Numbered from the stretch's first letter, positions 20,830-30,708 are shown. The stretch: DNA of 64,000 nt from Escherichia coli (GCF_022846255.1 NZ_AP025682.1), one strand, 5' to 3'. Numbers and translations are program-made. The notes: generated by a model from the letters alone, not told the origin.

Positions 20830-22257
20830 CTAGCGCGACTGCTGATTATATTCATCATCGCGTTGATAAGCTTCATCATTCGGCTGCTCCGGAACCGACC
20901 GAAGTCGATACTCTTCATCCTGGCTCACCGCCTGTTCAGCCAAATCCGGATTAATCTCGCGTTTAATTTCTACCCCTAAACCGCGAAACGCTTCTGCCTG
21001 CGCCAGCACATTTCCGCGACCTGAAGAGAGTTTTTTCATTGCCTGGCGATAGTTATCCTGCGCTTTGTCGAGACTTTGACCAATCGCGGACATGTCATCG
21101 ACAAACAAACGCATCTTGTCGTACAGCTTGCTGGCACGATCGGCGATTTGCTGGGCGTTGCGGCTTTGATGCTCATAACGCCACAGGTTGGCGATAGTGC
21201 GCAGCGCCACCAGCAGCGTAGTCGGGCTAACCAGCATGATATTGTTTTTCAACGCTTCGGTGATCAGCTCCGGCTGACGGTCAAGCGCCAGTAAAAAAGC
21301 GGGTTCAACGGGAATAAACATCAGCACGTAATCCAGAGTTCGCAGCCCCGGCAGCTGTTGATAATCTTTGCGTCCCAGCAAACGGATATGGTTACGTACC
21401 GACGCGATATGTTCCTGTAGCGCGCTTTCACGGGAGTAGTCATCTTCGGCGTTGAAATAGCGTTCATAGGCGACCAGCGTCATTTTGGCGTCGATCACCA
21501 CATCTTTTCCCTGCGGCAACCGCACGATGACATCCGGCTGCATCCGCGAGCGGGCGTCATTTTCGATGCTGACCTGGGTTTCATATTCATACCCTTCACG
21601 CAGACCGGAAGCCTCCAGCACCCGCGTCAATACTACCTCGCCCCAGTTGCCCTGGGTTTTATTGTCGCCTTTCAGCGCACGCGTCAGGTTGATCGCTTCC
21701 TGGGCCATCTGGGCGTTGAGTTGCTGGAGGTTGCGGATTTCGTGAGTCAGGGTATGACGTTCTTGGGCTTCTTTACCAAAGCTGTCCTGGACCTGACGGC
21801 GGAAACCATCCAGTTGTTCACGCAACGGCGACAAAAGACTGTTCAGACTCTGGCGATTTTGCTCATCAACCCGACGATTACTGTGTTCAAAAATACGGTT
21901 GGCAAGGTTTTCAAATTGCTCACTGAGGCGCTGTTCGCTGTTGATCATCTGGCGAATTTTATCGTCAGCGTGTTGCTGTGCGGCTTCCATCCGCGTGGTC
22001 ACTTCACGCAGATCGGCCTCCAGCGAGGTGTTAATACTTTGCAGGCTGCGCACTTCGTTATTGAGCAATTCACACTCTGCGCGCCAGTGCTCGCTTTGGG
22101 TAATTTGTTGTTTTGCCGCGCTTAACTCCGCGACCATCTCTTCACGTTCAGCTAATTGCTCGGCTTTTTGCTGCGCATGTTGATAACTGGCAAACAGCCA
22201 GCCAATTGCCACACCCACCAATGCAATAACTGCGTAAACCATGATTGAGAAATCCAC
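20830..22257 (-). CDS. rmuC: DNA recombination protein RmuC
   Basis: 475-aa ORF with N-terminal TM segment and long coiled-coil region. Confidence 0.92.
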   Translation of the reverse strand: MDFSIMVYAVIALVGVAIGWLFASYQHAQQKAEQLAEREEMVAELSAAKQQITQSEHWRAECELLNNEVRSLQSINTSLEADLREVTTRMEAAQQHADDKIRQMINSEQRLSEQFENLANRIFEHSNRRVDEQNRQSLNSLLSPLREQLDGFRRQVQDSFGKEAQERHTLTHEIRNLQQLNAQMAQEAINLTRALKGDNKTQGNWGEVVLTRVLEASGLREGYEYETQVSIENDARSRMQPDVIVRLPQGKDVVIDAKMTLVAYERYFNAEDDYSRESALQEHIASVRNHIRLLGRKDYQQLPGLRTLDYVLMFIPVEPAFLLALDRQPELITEALKNNIMLVSPTTLLVALRTIANLWRYEHQSRNAQQIADRASKLYDKMRLFVDDMSAIGQSLDKAQDNYRQAMKKLSSGRGNVLAQAEAFRGLGVEIKREINPDLAEQAVSQDEEYRLRSVPEQPNDEAYQRDDEYNQQSR

Positions 22258-22377
22258 AACGCCTCCTGACGCAACAACTTACCCGCACAAAATAGAATTG
22301 TGCTGTACAAACGTCCAGTTTGAAAGAAGTTTCCTGCGAGGCGCTACGCAAAACGATCGTTAATTTTCATTATTTTA

Positions 22378-22411
22378 TCCCACAATATGAGATGGAGTTT
22401 ATATTGTGGGA
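22378..22411. promoter_or_regulatory. perfect 11-bp inverted repeat (TCCCACAATAT-N12-ATATTGTGGGA) in the rmuC / IclR divergent region
   Basis: Seen directly in sequence, 62 bp upstream of the IclR-family regulator ATG; candidate operator. Confidence 0.5.
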
Positions 22412-22473
22412 TATATCACCTTTTCCCCACGTCATTATGTGGAACACTTCAGCAATATCATCAGGAGAAACGT

Positions 22474-23241
22474 ATGGCAGAAACCTCTTCAACCACCGCA
22501 GGCGCACAAACGTTATTACGTGGACTGGCGGTTCTTAATGCTGTTTATAACGGCTGCCATGACCTAAAAAGTATCGGCGAGTTCACCGGCACGACCCGGA
22601 GCACAACCCATCGTTTAGTCACCGTTCTGGTGGAACAACGCTACCTGCGCCATGTCCCAACGCAGGGCTACCAACTGGGTGCCAAACTGATCGAATTTGG
22701 TGCCAGAGCACTGGAAAGCACCTCGCTGTACGAAATTGCCCAGCCCGTTTTGCAACGCCTTGCCCGTTACACCCTGGACACCGTGCATCTGGGGATCGTT
22801 GAAGGCGACGAAGTGCTGTATCTGGAGAAGATCAACAGTCAGCGCGGGCTGGAAATGCGCTCACGCCCAGGCCATCGCATGCCACTGGCAATCACCGGCA
22901 TCGGCAAGGCATTGATCCTCAACCGAACAGAAGAAGAGTGGCGCACGCTGTTTAAGACCTGTGGTGATGAAACAAAACTGGGCACATTTATTCAGAACAT
23001 GCGTCGTTATGCCGCCAGTGGTTTTGCTTTTGATCTGGAAGAGAACGAGCCGACTATCCGTTGCGTTGCAGCGCCGGTTTACAACGCCCGGGATGAAATT
23101 GTGGCGGCTATTTCTGTCGCCAGTACCACCACGTATATGTCGCTGGCGCGTCTGGAAGAACTGGCACCTTACGTCAAATCCTGTGCAGAAGAGATATCCG
23201 CTGAACTGGGCTGGGGTAAGCACGTCCGCAAAGATAAATAA
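22474..23241 (+). CDS. IclR-family transcriptional regulator
   Basis: ORF from 22387; start taken at MAETSSTTAGAQTLLRGLAVLNA (RBS AGGAGA). N-terminal wHTH and C-terminal effector-domain pattern of IclR family. Confidence 0.85.
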   Translation: MAETSSTTAGAQTLLRGLAVLNAVYNGCHDLKSIGEFTGTTRSTTHRLVTVLVEQRYLRHVPTQGYQLGAKLIEFGARALESTSLYEIAQPVLQRLARYTLDTVHLGIVEGDEVLYLEKINSQRGLEMRSRPGHRMPLAITGIGKALILNRTEEEWRTLFKTCGDETKLGTFIQNMRRYAASGFAFDLEENEPTIRCVAAPVYNARDEIVAAISVASTTTYMSLARLEELAPYVKSCAEEISAELGWGKHVRKDK

Positions 23242-23264
23242 ACCATGATTAAAGGAAACGACTA

Positions 23265-24269
23265 ATGCCGGGAGCACCCTCATTTATTGCCCTGGACTGG
23301 GGAACGTCATCGCTTCGGGCATGGCGTTTTGGCGAATCACCAAATCCACAAGAAAAACGTGAATTCCCCTGGGGGATCATGAAATTACCCTCCCAGGCAG
23401 CAACACGTGAGGACGCTTTCCACGATACGTTTTTACGTGTCTGCGGCGACTGGCTGGCACAAACCCCATGCCCGGTACTGGCTTGCGGCATGCTCGGCAG
23501 TGCGCAAGGGTGGCAATCAGCAGCTTATTTACCTTGCCCGGTCACTCTCGAGGGTCTGGCGAAGCAGTTGACGCCTGTTATCCACCAGCAGCAGACAATG
23601 CTGCATATCATTCCTGGCGTGATTAAAGAAGGTGAAATGCCCGAAGTGATGCGTGGCGAAGAAACACAAATCTTCGGTGCTATCTCGATGGAACCGGCCC
23701 TGCAAAACGCGATCCATCAGGGTATGCCAGTGCTGATAGGCTTACCCGGCACACATGCGAAATGGGCAGTAGTTGAAAACAACACCATTACCGATTTCCG
23801 AACCTTTATGACGGGCGAGTTATTTGATGTTTTATCCCGCCATTCGATTCTCGGTGCCACCATGCATCCTGGAGATGAACCGCACTGGGATGCCTTCACC
23901 CACGGGCTGACAGCAGCACAAGAGCATCATCAGACCGGATTATTATCGACGCTGTTTTCGACCCGTTCGCGCCTGCTGACCAGTAATCTTACGTCGTCCT
24001 CGCAGGGGGATTACCTTTCCGGATTACTGATAGGCCATGAATTATGTGGTCTGGCATCCAGTTTGCTACGTGATTTACCCGCCACAACACCGATCGCCTT
24101 AATCGGTAGCGCAAATCTGAACAGCCGCTATTCACAAGCATTCAGCCACGTTTTTCCCGACAGACAGATACACGCCATTCCTAATGCCACTGAACAGGGA
24201 TTATGGCGAATCGCCCACGCTGCCGGGTTACTGTCCACCAACGCCAGGGAATGTACCCATGCCATTTAA
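23265..24269 (+). CDS. 2-dehydro-3-deoxygalactonokinase-family sugar-acid kinase (DgoK-like)
   Basis: 334-aa ORF; motifs IALDWGTSSLRAW, MRGEETQIFGA, DFRTFMTGELF, LSGLLIGHEL parallel E. coli DgoK as I recall it. Confidence 0.82.
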   Translation: MPGAPSFIALDWGTSSLRAWRFGESPNPQEKREFPWGIMKLPSQAATREDAFHDTFLRVCGDWLAQTPCPVLACGMLGSAQGWQSAAYLPCPVTLEGLAKQLTPVIHQQQTMLHIIPGVIKEGEMPEVMRGEETQIFGAISMEPALQNAIHQGMPVLIGLPGTHAKWAVVENNTITDFRTFMTGELFDVLSRHSILGATMHPGDEPHWDAFTHGLTAAQEHHQTGLLSTLFSTRSRLLTSNLTSSSQGDYLSGLLIGHELCGLASSLLRDLPATTPIALIGSANLNSRYSQAFSHVFPDRQIHAIPNATEQGLWRIAHAAGLLSTNARECTHAI

Positions 24270-24888
24270 TACGCTTTTGCAAAAAACCGGGTTAGTCGCC
24301 ATTTTACGCGGCGTGAAACCGGATGAGATTGTCGCCATCGGTGAAAAACTGTACGCCGCCGGATTCCGCCTGATTGAGATTCCTATGAACTCGCCGGAGG
24401 CGTTGCAAAGTATCAGTATACTGCGCGACGCCCTGCCTAAGGACTGCCTGGTCGGAGCCGGAACTGTGCTTTCGGTAGAGCAGGTGGTTGCGGTTAAAGA
24501 GGCTGGGGGCCAGATTATCGTGATGCCGCATTGCGATACTGCGGTGATCCGTCGCGCCCGTGCGCTGGGTATGTATTGTGCGCCTGGCGTCGCCACGCCC
24601 ACCGAAGCCTTTGCTGCCATTGAACATGGTGCTAATGCCATCAAGCTGTTCCCGGCTGAACAAATTACGCCAGAAGTTACCAAAGCCTGGCGTGCGGTTA
24701 TTCCACAATCCGTTCCGATGTTACCGGTTGGCGGTATCACACCGGAAACCATGGCGCGTTATCTGAGCCACGGCGCAAACGGCTTTGGCCTCGGTTCTGC
24801 GCTATATCGCCCCGGCATGACGCCAGAGCAAGTCTATGAAAATGCAGTACTGTTTATGAACGCATGGAACAATTTAAATAGCAACTAA
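24259..24888 (+). CDS. 2-dehydro-3-deoxy-6-phosphogalactonate / KDPG-type aldolase (DgoA-like)
   Basis: Start taken at MPFNTLLQKTGLVAILRGVKPDE (209 aa); motifs ILRG, GAGTV, GxATPTEAF, PVGGIT as in DgoA/Eda aldolases; start overlaps the kinase stop by 11 nt. Confidence 0.82.
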   Translation: MPFNTLLQKTGLVAILRGVKPDEIVAIGEKLYAAGFRLIEIPMNSPEALQSISILRDALPKDCLVGAGTVLSVEQVVAVKEAGGQIIVMPHCDTAVIRRARALGMYCAPGVATPTEAFAAIEHGANAIKLFPAEQITPEVTKAWRAVIPQSVPMLPVGGITPETMARYLSHGANGFGLGSALYRPGMTPEQVYENAVLFMNAWNNLNSN

Positions 24889-24912
24889 CTGATAAATAAG
24901 GATATAAAAGCA

Positions 24913-25887
24913 ATGATAAAACATCTTACCTTACCGAAAAAAATGGCTGCAATGGTACTTCTTGCAGGCGCTGCCCTCAGCATTGCGCCTGTACAGGCAG
25001 CCTCCTGGCCAACCAAACAGATCGAGTTAGTCGTTCCCTACGCTGCCGGAGGCGGTACGGATCTGGTTGCCCGTGCCTTTGCTGATGCCGCCAAAAACCA
25101 TTTACCCGTCAGCATCGGGGTTATCAATAAACCTGGCGGAGGCGGTGCTATCGGCCTGAGTGAAATCGCCGCTGCCCGCCCTAACGGTTACAAAATTGGT
25201 TTAGGCACGGTTGAACTGACCACCCTTCCCAGCCTCGGAATGGTGCGTTTTAAAACCAGCGACTTTAAACCCATTGCCCGTCTGAATGCGGATCCGGCTG
25301 CTATCACAGTCCGTGCCGATGCGCCGTGGAATAGCTATGAAGAATTTATGGCTTACTCCAAAGCGAATCCCGGAAAAGTACGCATTGGTAACTCAGGCAC
25401 CGGAGCTATCTGGCATCTGGCGGCAGCTGCACTGGAAGACAAAACGGGCACAAAGTTTTCTCATGTCCCGTATGACGGCGCAGCCCCTGCCATTACAGGC
25501 CTGTTAGGCGGGCACATTGAAGCGGTTTCCGTAAGCCCAGGAGAAGTTATCAACCATGTGAATGGCGGCAAGCTGAAGACACTGGTAGTGATGGCGGATG
25601 AGCGAATGAAAACCATGCCTGACGTCCCGACGTTAAAAGAGAAAGGCGTTGATCTCTCCATCGGCACCTGGCGCGGCCTGATTGTGTCGCAAAAAACGCC
25701 GCAGGATGTGGTGGATGTTCTGGCAAAGGCAGCAAAAGAGACGGCTGAAGAGCCTGCATTCCAGGATGCACTGCAAAAGTTGAATCTCAACTATGCATGG
25801 CTTGACGCTGCCAGCTTCCAGACCCAAATCAGCGAACAGGAAAAGTACTTTGACGAGTTGCTGACTCGCCTGGGCCTGAAAAAATAA
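24913..25887 (+). CDS. tripartite tricarboxylate transporter substrate-binding protein (TctC/Bug family), periplasmic
   Basis: 324 aa with signal peptide (MIKHLTLPKKMAAMVLLAGAALSIAPVQA) and typical Bug-family length. Confidence 0.8.
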   Translation: MIKHLTLPKKMAAMVLLAGAALSIAPVQAASWPTKQIELVVPYAAGGGTDLVARAFADAAKNHLPVSIGVINKPGGGGAIGLSEIAAARPNGYKIGLGTVELTTLPSLGMVRFKTSDFKPIARLNADPAAITVRADAPWNSYEEFMAYSKANPGKVRIGNSGTGAIWHLAAAALEDKTGTKFSHVPYDGAAPAITGLLGGHIEAVSVSPGEVINHVNGGKLKTLVVMADERMKTMPDVPTLKEKGVDLSIGTWRGLIVSQKTPQDVVDVLAKAAKETAEEPAFQDALQKLNLNYAWLDAASFQTQISEQEKYFDELLTRLGLKK

Positions 25888-25900
25888 ACCTGAGGTACGG

Positions 25901-26410
25901 TTGATGAACACAAAACAGTCTGTTGCTCAACTCGCCGTACCGCACCGCAAGCGCCTTTCATCAACGATGGTGGTGGCGCTGTTACTTTGTGTGGTTGCTG
26001 GCGCGGTGATGATTAATGCCGCTGATTTTCCAGCAACTGCCATTGAAACGGATCCCGGTGCAAGTGCCTTCCCTACCTTCTATGCCTGTGCCCTGATTGT
26101 GCTCGCTGTCTTGCTGGTGATACGCGATCTTTTGCAGGCAAAACCAGCCTCTTGCGCCAACGCACAGGAAAAACCGGCATTCAGGAAAACAGCAACAGGA
26201 ATTGCGGCAACCGCGTTTTATATTGTGGCGATGAGCTACTGCGGTTATCTCATTACTACTCCTGTTTTCCTCATCGTCATTATGACGTTGATGGGCTACA
26301 GGCGATGGGTACTCACACCGGGTATTGCGCTGCTGTTAACGGCAATCCTCTGGTTGCTGTTTGTCGAAGCGTTACAGGTGCCATTGCCTGTCGGCACATT
26401 TTTCGAATAA
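25901..26410 (+). CDS. tripartite tricarboxylate transporter small membrane subunit (TctB-like)
   Basis: 169-aa four-TM protein between TctC-like and TctA-like genes. Confidence 0.75.
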   Translation: MMNTKQSVAQLAVPHRKRLSSTMVVALLLCVVAGAVMINAADFPATAIETDPGASAFPTFYACALIVLAVLLVIRDLLQAKPASCANAQEKPAFRKTATGIAATAFYIVAMSYCGYLITTPVFLIVIMTLMGYRRWVLTPGIALLLTAILWLLFVEALQVPLPVGTFFE

Positions 26411-26422
26411 CAGGGGCCAGCA

Positions 26423-27913
26423 ATGTTTGAAAGTGAACTTTTAACTCAGGGTTTTTCGACATTACTCAATAATCCTCAGGCGCTGCTGTTTGCCACTTTT
26501 GGGGTGATGCTGGGTATTGTGATTGGCGCTTTGCCTGGTCTGACAGCGACCATGGGTGTGGCGATTTTGCTGCCTTTCACCTACGGCATGGAGCCTGTTT
26601 CTGGATTGTTGATGATTTGCGGCGTCTTTTTTGGTGGCGTCTACGGTGGTTCTATCACCGCAATTTTGCTCAAAATTCCCGGAACGCCTGCCGCCGCAGC
26701 CACCGCTATTGATGGTTATGAGCTGACGAAACAGGGAAAAGCAGGGCTGGCATTGAGTGCCGCCACGTTCTCTTCCTTTAGTGGCGGAACGCTCAGCATT
26801 ATCGTGCTGATGTTTCTCTCTCCGGTACTTGCCAGTTGGGCGCTGAAATTTAGTGCCTCGGAGTCCTTCGCCCTGGCAACCTTCGGACTGAGCATTATTG
26901 CCAGTATTTCCGGTGAGTCGCTGATTAAGGGGCTGATTGCCGGGGTTGGCGGATTGCTGATCGCAACGATAGGCCTTGATCCAATGGGCGGTTTTCCACG
27001 GTTTACAGGTGGATTTGTGGAGCTGATGAATGTGCCATTTATCCCGGTGATGATTGGTTTATTTGCTGCTTCAGAAGCATTCCGCTCTATGGAGCAAAAC
27101 CAGCAAATTCGTCGGGGCGCGAAGGTGGCTATCGGCAGTCTGTTACTGCCCTGGCAAACACTACGCCGCATCGCATTAACCATTTTGCGCTCATCAGGAT
27201 TAGGGGTTTTTATCGGCATGATCCCCGGTGCGGGGGCGGATATTGCAGCTTTTGTTGCCTATAACGAAACTCGTCGTTTCAGTAAGACACCAGAAAACTT
27301 TGGTAAGGGTGAAATTAAAGCTGTGGCCTCCTGTGAGGCAGGCGCGAATGGCTGCACCGGTGGCGCATTGTTACCTATGCTGACGCTGGGGATCCCTGGC
27401 GATGCGGTAACCGCCATCATGCTGGGCGCGTTAACGTTACAGGGAATGCAACCAGGCCCGCTGATGTTTACCGACCACGGCGATATGGTTTATACACTGT
27501 TTGTCGGCATGATCTTTTGTTACTTCATGCTGCTAGTTCTTGGACTGCTCTCTTTGAAAGTCATCGGTAACGTGGTGAAGATCCCCGGCAATATTCTCAC
27601 ACCGATGATCCTCGCACTTTGTGTGGTCGGGACTTATGCGTTGAACAATAGCCTTTTTGATGTTGGCATTATGCTGATTGCAGGCGTGGTGGGCTATTTC
27701 ATGCAGAAAGGAGGATATCCGGCATCACCCGTAGTGCTGGCATTGATTATGGGGCCAATGGCGGAAAGTAATTTTCGCCGTGCGCTGTCGCTTTCTGGTG
27801 GGTCACTCGACTTTCTGTATACCCGACCGATCACTCTGGCATTGCTAACTCTGGCAGCCTTTACGCTACTGACGCCAATAATCCGCAAAATAATGCGTTT
27901 ACGGCGTCAGTAA
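26423..27913 (+). CDS. tripartite tricarboxylate transporter large permease (TctA-like)
   Basis: 496-aa polytopic membrane protein with Gly-rich TctA-type segments. Confidence 0.82.
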   Translation: MFESELLTQGFSTLLNNPQALLFATFGVMLGIVIGALPGLTATMGVAILLPFTYGMEPVSGLLMICGVFFGGVYGGSITAILLKIPGTPAAAATAIDGYELTKQGKAGLALSAATFSSFSGGTLSIIVLMFLSPVLASWALKFSASESFALATFGLSIIASISGESLIKGLIAGVGGLLIATIGLDPMGGFPRFTGGFVELMNVPFIPVMIGLFAASEAFRSMEQNQQIRRGAKVAIGSLLLPWQTLRRIALTILRSSGLGVFIGMIPGAGADIAAFVAYNETRRFSKTPENFGKGEIKAVASCEAGANGCTGGALLPMLTLGIPGDAVTAIMLGALTLQGMQPGPLMFTDHGDMVYTLFVGMIFCYFMLLVLGLLSLKVIGNVVKIPGNILTPMILALCVVGTYALNNSLFDVGIMLIAGVVGYFMQKGGYPASPVVLALIMGPMAESNFRRALSLSGGSLDFLYTRPITLALLTLAAFTLLTPIIRKIMRLRRQ

Positions 27914-27920
27914 CTGATAT

Positions 27921-27950
27921 CGCTCCCCGAAGTTGGGGAGCGTTTTTTTA
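27921..27950 (+). terminator. rho-independent terminator after the tctA-like gene (overlaps the udp stop on the opposite strand)
   Basis: CGCTCCCC-GAAGTT-GGGGAGCG stem-loop followed by TTTTTTT. Confidence 0.75.
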
Positions 27951-28712
27951 TTTCAGCAGACGACGCGCCGCTTCCACCACGATTTTCACCGCATGGCTTT
28001 CGGTTTGTTTCATCGTCTCAGCATTCGGGATCTCTTGCTGGGTGCGGTTAACGATAACCCCCGCTACCATACCGGCACGCAGGCCCTGACTTGCACACAT
28101 GGTCAGCAGGGTTGCAGATTCCATTTCATAGTTCATTACGCCCATCGCCTGCCACTCTTCCATAGAACCTTTAAAGTGACGAACTACGCGACCAGAGTAA
28201 GTATCGTAACGTTCCTGACCAGGGTAGAAGGTATCAGAAGAAGCTGTCACGCCAACGTGAGTCGTCGCGCCAATGGATTTCGCAGCTTCAACCAGCGCAG
28301 TCGTACATTCGAAATCAGCGACAGCCGGGAATTCCAGCGGTGCGAAGTGCAGGCTCGCACCATCCAGACGAACAGACGCCGTGGTAACCAGGACATCGCC
28401 AACATTAATATGCGGCTGAATAGCGCCCGTTGTGCCGATACGCAGGAAGGTGCGAATGCCCAGCTGTGCCAGCTCTTCAACAGCAATAGAGGTAGACGGG
28501 CCGCCGATACCGGTAGAGCAGACGATAACAGGTTTACCATCCAGCTCTGCACGCCAGGTGGTGAATTCGCGATGAGATGCCAGCTTAACCGGCTTATCCA
28601 TCAGCGCGGCGATCTTTTCCACACGATCCGGGTCGCCAGGGACGATGGCAAGCGTAGCCCCTTGTAAATCGTTTTTAGTGAGGCCGAGATGAAAAACATC
28701 AGACTTGGACAT
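27948..28712 (-). CDS. udp: uridine phosphorylase
   Basis: Product from [33 protein letters not shown]; the ORF track starts 2 codons upstream. Confidence 0.95.
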   Translation of the reverse strand: MSKSDVFHLGLTKNDLQGATLAIVPGDPDRVEKIAALMDKPVKLASHREFTTWRAELDGKPVIVCSTGIGGPSTSIAVEELAQLGIRTFLRIGTTGAIQPHINVGDVLVTTASVRLDGASLHFAPLEFPAVADFECTTALVEAAKSIGATTHVGVTASSDTFYPGQERYDTYSGRVVRHFKGSMEEWQAMGVMNYEMESATLLTMCASQGLRAGMVAGVIVNRTQQEIPNAETMKQTESHAVKIVVEAARRLLK

Positions 28713-28789
28713 ATACAACTCCTCTGTGAATCGGTTTAGTCAGAAGAAGCAAAAAGACACTTTACCGAAGGGTTTAACATTTTTTCGTG

Positions 28790-28855
28790 ATACTCATCAC
28801 CATGACGAAAATGCGTTGCATAAATTTACCCGCCAAAAGTGATGCAAATCACATA
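28790..28855 (-). promoter_or_regulatory. udp promoter region with a CRP-type site (TGTGATTTGCATCACT, reverse strand at 28839-28854) and a second weaker upstream half-site pair
   Basis: TGTGA-N6-TCACT match; udp is a known CRP/CytR-regulated gene. Exact operator boundaries not verified. Confidence 0.55.
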
Positions 28856-28973
28856 AATCACTCTTCATTCTGCAGGACTGCATAAAAGATGAGCCGATTC
28901 AGGCAATGTGATTTGTTGCATGCTGACTATAGTTAACATTGCGCAACATTTTTATAAGGGTACGGAGAATACC

Positions 28974-29783
28974 ATGGCAACAACACAACAATCTGGATTT
29001 GCACCTGCTGCATCGCCTCTCGCTTCGACCATCGTTCAGACTCCGGACGACGCGATTGTGGCGGGCTTCACCTCTATCCCTTCACAAGGGGATAACATGC
29101 CTGCTTACCATGCCAGACCAAAGCAAAGCGATGGCCCACTGCCAGTGGTCATTGTAGTGCAGGAAATTTTTGGCGTGCATGAACATATCCGCGATATTTG
29201 TCGCCGTCTGGCGCTGGAGGGGTATCTGGCTATCGCACCTGAACTTTACTTCCGCGAAGGCGATCCGAATGATTTTGCCGATATCCCTACGCTGCTTAGC
29301 GGTCTGGTAGCAAAAGTGCCTGACTCGCAGGTGCTGGCCGATCTCGATCATGTCGCCAGTTGGGCTTCCCGCAACGGCGGCGATGTTCATCGTTTAATGA
29401 TCACCGGATTCTGCTGGGGTGGACGTATCACCTGGCTGTATGCCGCGCATAATCCACAGCTAAAAGCCGCAGTGGCGTGGTACGGCAAACTGACGGGCGA
29501 CAAGTCGCTGAATTCACCGAAACAACCTGTTGATATCGCAACCGATCTTAACGCGCCGGTTCTCGGCTTATATGGTGGTCAGGATAACAGCATTCCGCAA
29601 GAGAGTGTGGAAACGATGCGCCAGGCGTTGCGGGCAGCAAACGCGAAAGCAGAGATTATCGTGTACCCGGATGCAGGGCATGCGTTCAACGCCGATTATC
29701 GTCCGAGCTATCATGCCGAGTCTGCGAAAGACGGCTGGCAGCGAATGTTGGAATGGTTTACACAGTATGGTGTTAAAAAGTAA
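28974..29783 (+). CDS. dlhH: dienelactone hydrolase family protein (carboxymethylenebutenolidase)
   Basis: Start taken at MATTQQSGFAPAASPLAS (ORF track starts 22 codons upstream); alpha/beta hydrolase with GFCWGG nucleophile elbow. Confidence 0.88.
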   Translation: MATTQQSGFAPAASPLASTIVQTPDDAIVAGFTSIPSQGDNMPAYHARPKQSDGPLPVVIVVQEIFGVHEHIRDICRRLALEGYLAIAPELYFREGDPNDFADIPTLLSGLVAKVPDSQVLADLDHVASWASRNGGDVHRLMITGFCWGGRITWLYAAHNPQLKAAVAWYGKLTGDKSLNSPKQPVDIATDLNAPVLGLYGGQDNSIPQESVETMRQALRAANAKAEIIVYPDAGHAFNADYRPSYHAESAKDGWQRMLEWFTQYGVKK

Positions 29784-29848
29784 CGCCATAGTCGCTAAAT
29801 CTGATGATTAAGCTCACACAATTTCAACGATTTTTTTAATCTCAAAAC

Positions 29849-29945
29849 CATACAGCATCAAAAAATTTGTTGCTGTATGCCACTCTTTGACTCCCTTCAC
29901 ATTCGTCATCACACCACCTGCTGAATGCAAAAATTTCGTTGCTGT
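29849..29945. promoter_or_regulatory. candidate operator/promoter region for the downstream 8-gene module: 9-bp inverted repeat CATACAGCA-N13-TGCTGTATG (29849-29879) and a second copy of AAAAATTT(C)GTTGCTGT (29929-29945)
   Basis: Seen directly in sequence; the two AAAAATTTnGTTGCTGT copies lie about 68 bp apart upstream of the hydrolase ATG at 30040. Confidence 0.45.
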
Positions 29946-30039
29946 GCGGCAAACTTTTTTCCTGTTTTGTGCCGCTTTTCTCCTGAATACTCGTTCTCAG
30001 AACAACTGGATCGTTTAAACATCAGACAGGAGATTTACC

Positions 30040-30708
30040 ATGACGCAATCCATTTTTCAGGCTCAACCCTTTGAATTACCTTTTGATCCGCGCACAACTG
30101 CACTGGTCATGATCGACATGCAGCGTGACTTTGTCGAAGCAGGGGGCTTCGGTGAGGCACTGGGCAATGATGTTTCACTGGTACGCACGGCTATCGCACC
30201 ATGTACAGAGGTGCTGGCAGCCGCACGTCAAAAAGGAATTATGGTTATTCATACTCGTGAAGGCCATCGTGCAGACTTAAGCGACTGCCCGCCAGCCAAA
30301 CTGACGCGCGGCGGAAAAACCTTTATTGGTGAACCAGGACCGATGGGACGCATTCTGGTCAGAGGTGAAGCAGGTCATGACATCATTCCTGAACTGTACC
30401 CGGTGGCAGGCGAACCGGTGATTGATAAGCCTGGCAAAGGCGCGTTTTATCAAACCGACTTACATCTGATTTTGCAAAACCACGGTATCAAGACGCTGAT
30501 AGTTTGTGGTGTTACAACCGAAGTTTGCGTAACCACCACCGTGCGCGAAGCAAATGATCGTGGCTATGAATGCATTATCCCGGAAGATTGTGTCGGCTCC
30601 TATTTCCCGGAATTCCAGAAATACGCCCTCGAGATGATCAAAGCACAAGGTGCCATTTTCGGTTGGGTTACTGATTCCAAAGCCATTATTGCAGGCCTGG
30701 AAGGCTAA
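30040..30708 (+). CDS. isochorismatase-family cysteine hydrolase (RutB / N-carbamoylsarcosine amidase-like amidohydrolase)
   Basis: 222 aa; D-K-C triad context (VMIDMQRDF ... IVCGVTTEVCVTTT) typical of the isochorismatase-like hydrolase fold. Confidence 0.8.
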   Translation: MTQSIFQAQPFELPFDPRTTALVMIDMQRDFVEAGGFGEALGNDVSLVRTAIAPCTEVLAAARQKGIMVIHTREGHRADLSDCPPAKLTRGGKTFIGEPGPMGRILVRGEAGHDIIPELYPVAGEPVIDKPGKGAFYQTDLHLILQNHGIKTLIVCGVTTEVCVTTTVREANDRGYECIIPEDCVGSYFPEFQKYALEMIKAQGAIFGWVTDSKAIIAGLEG

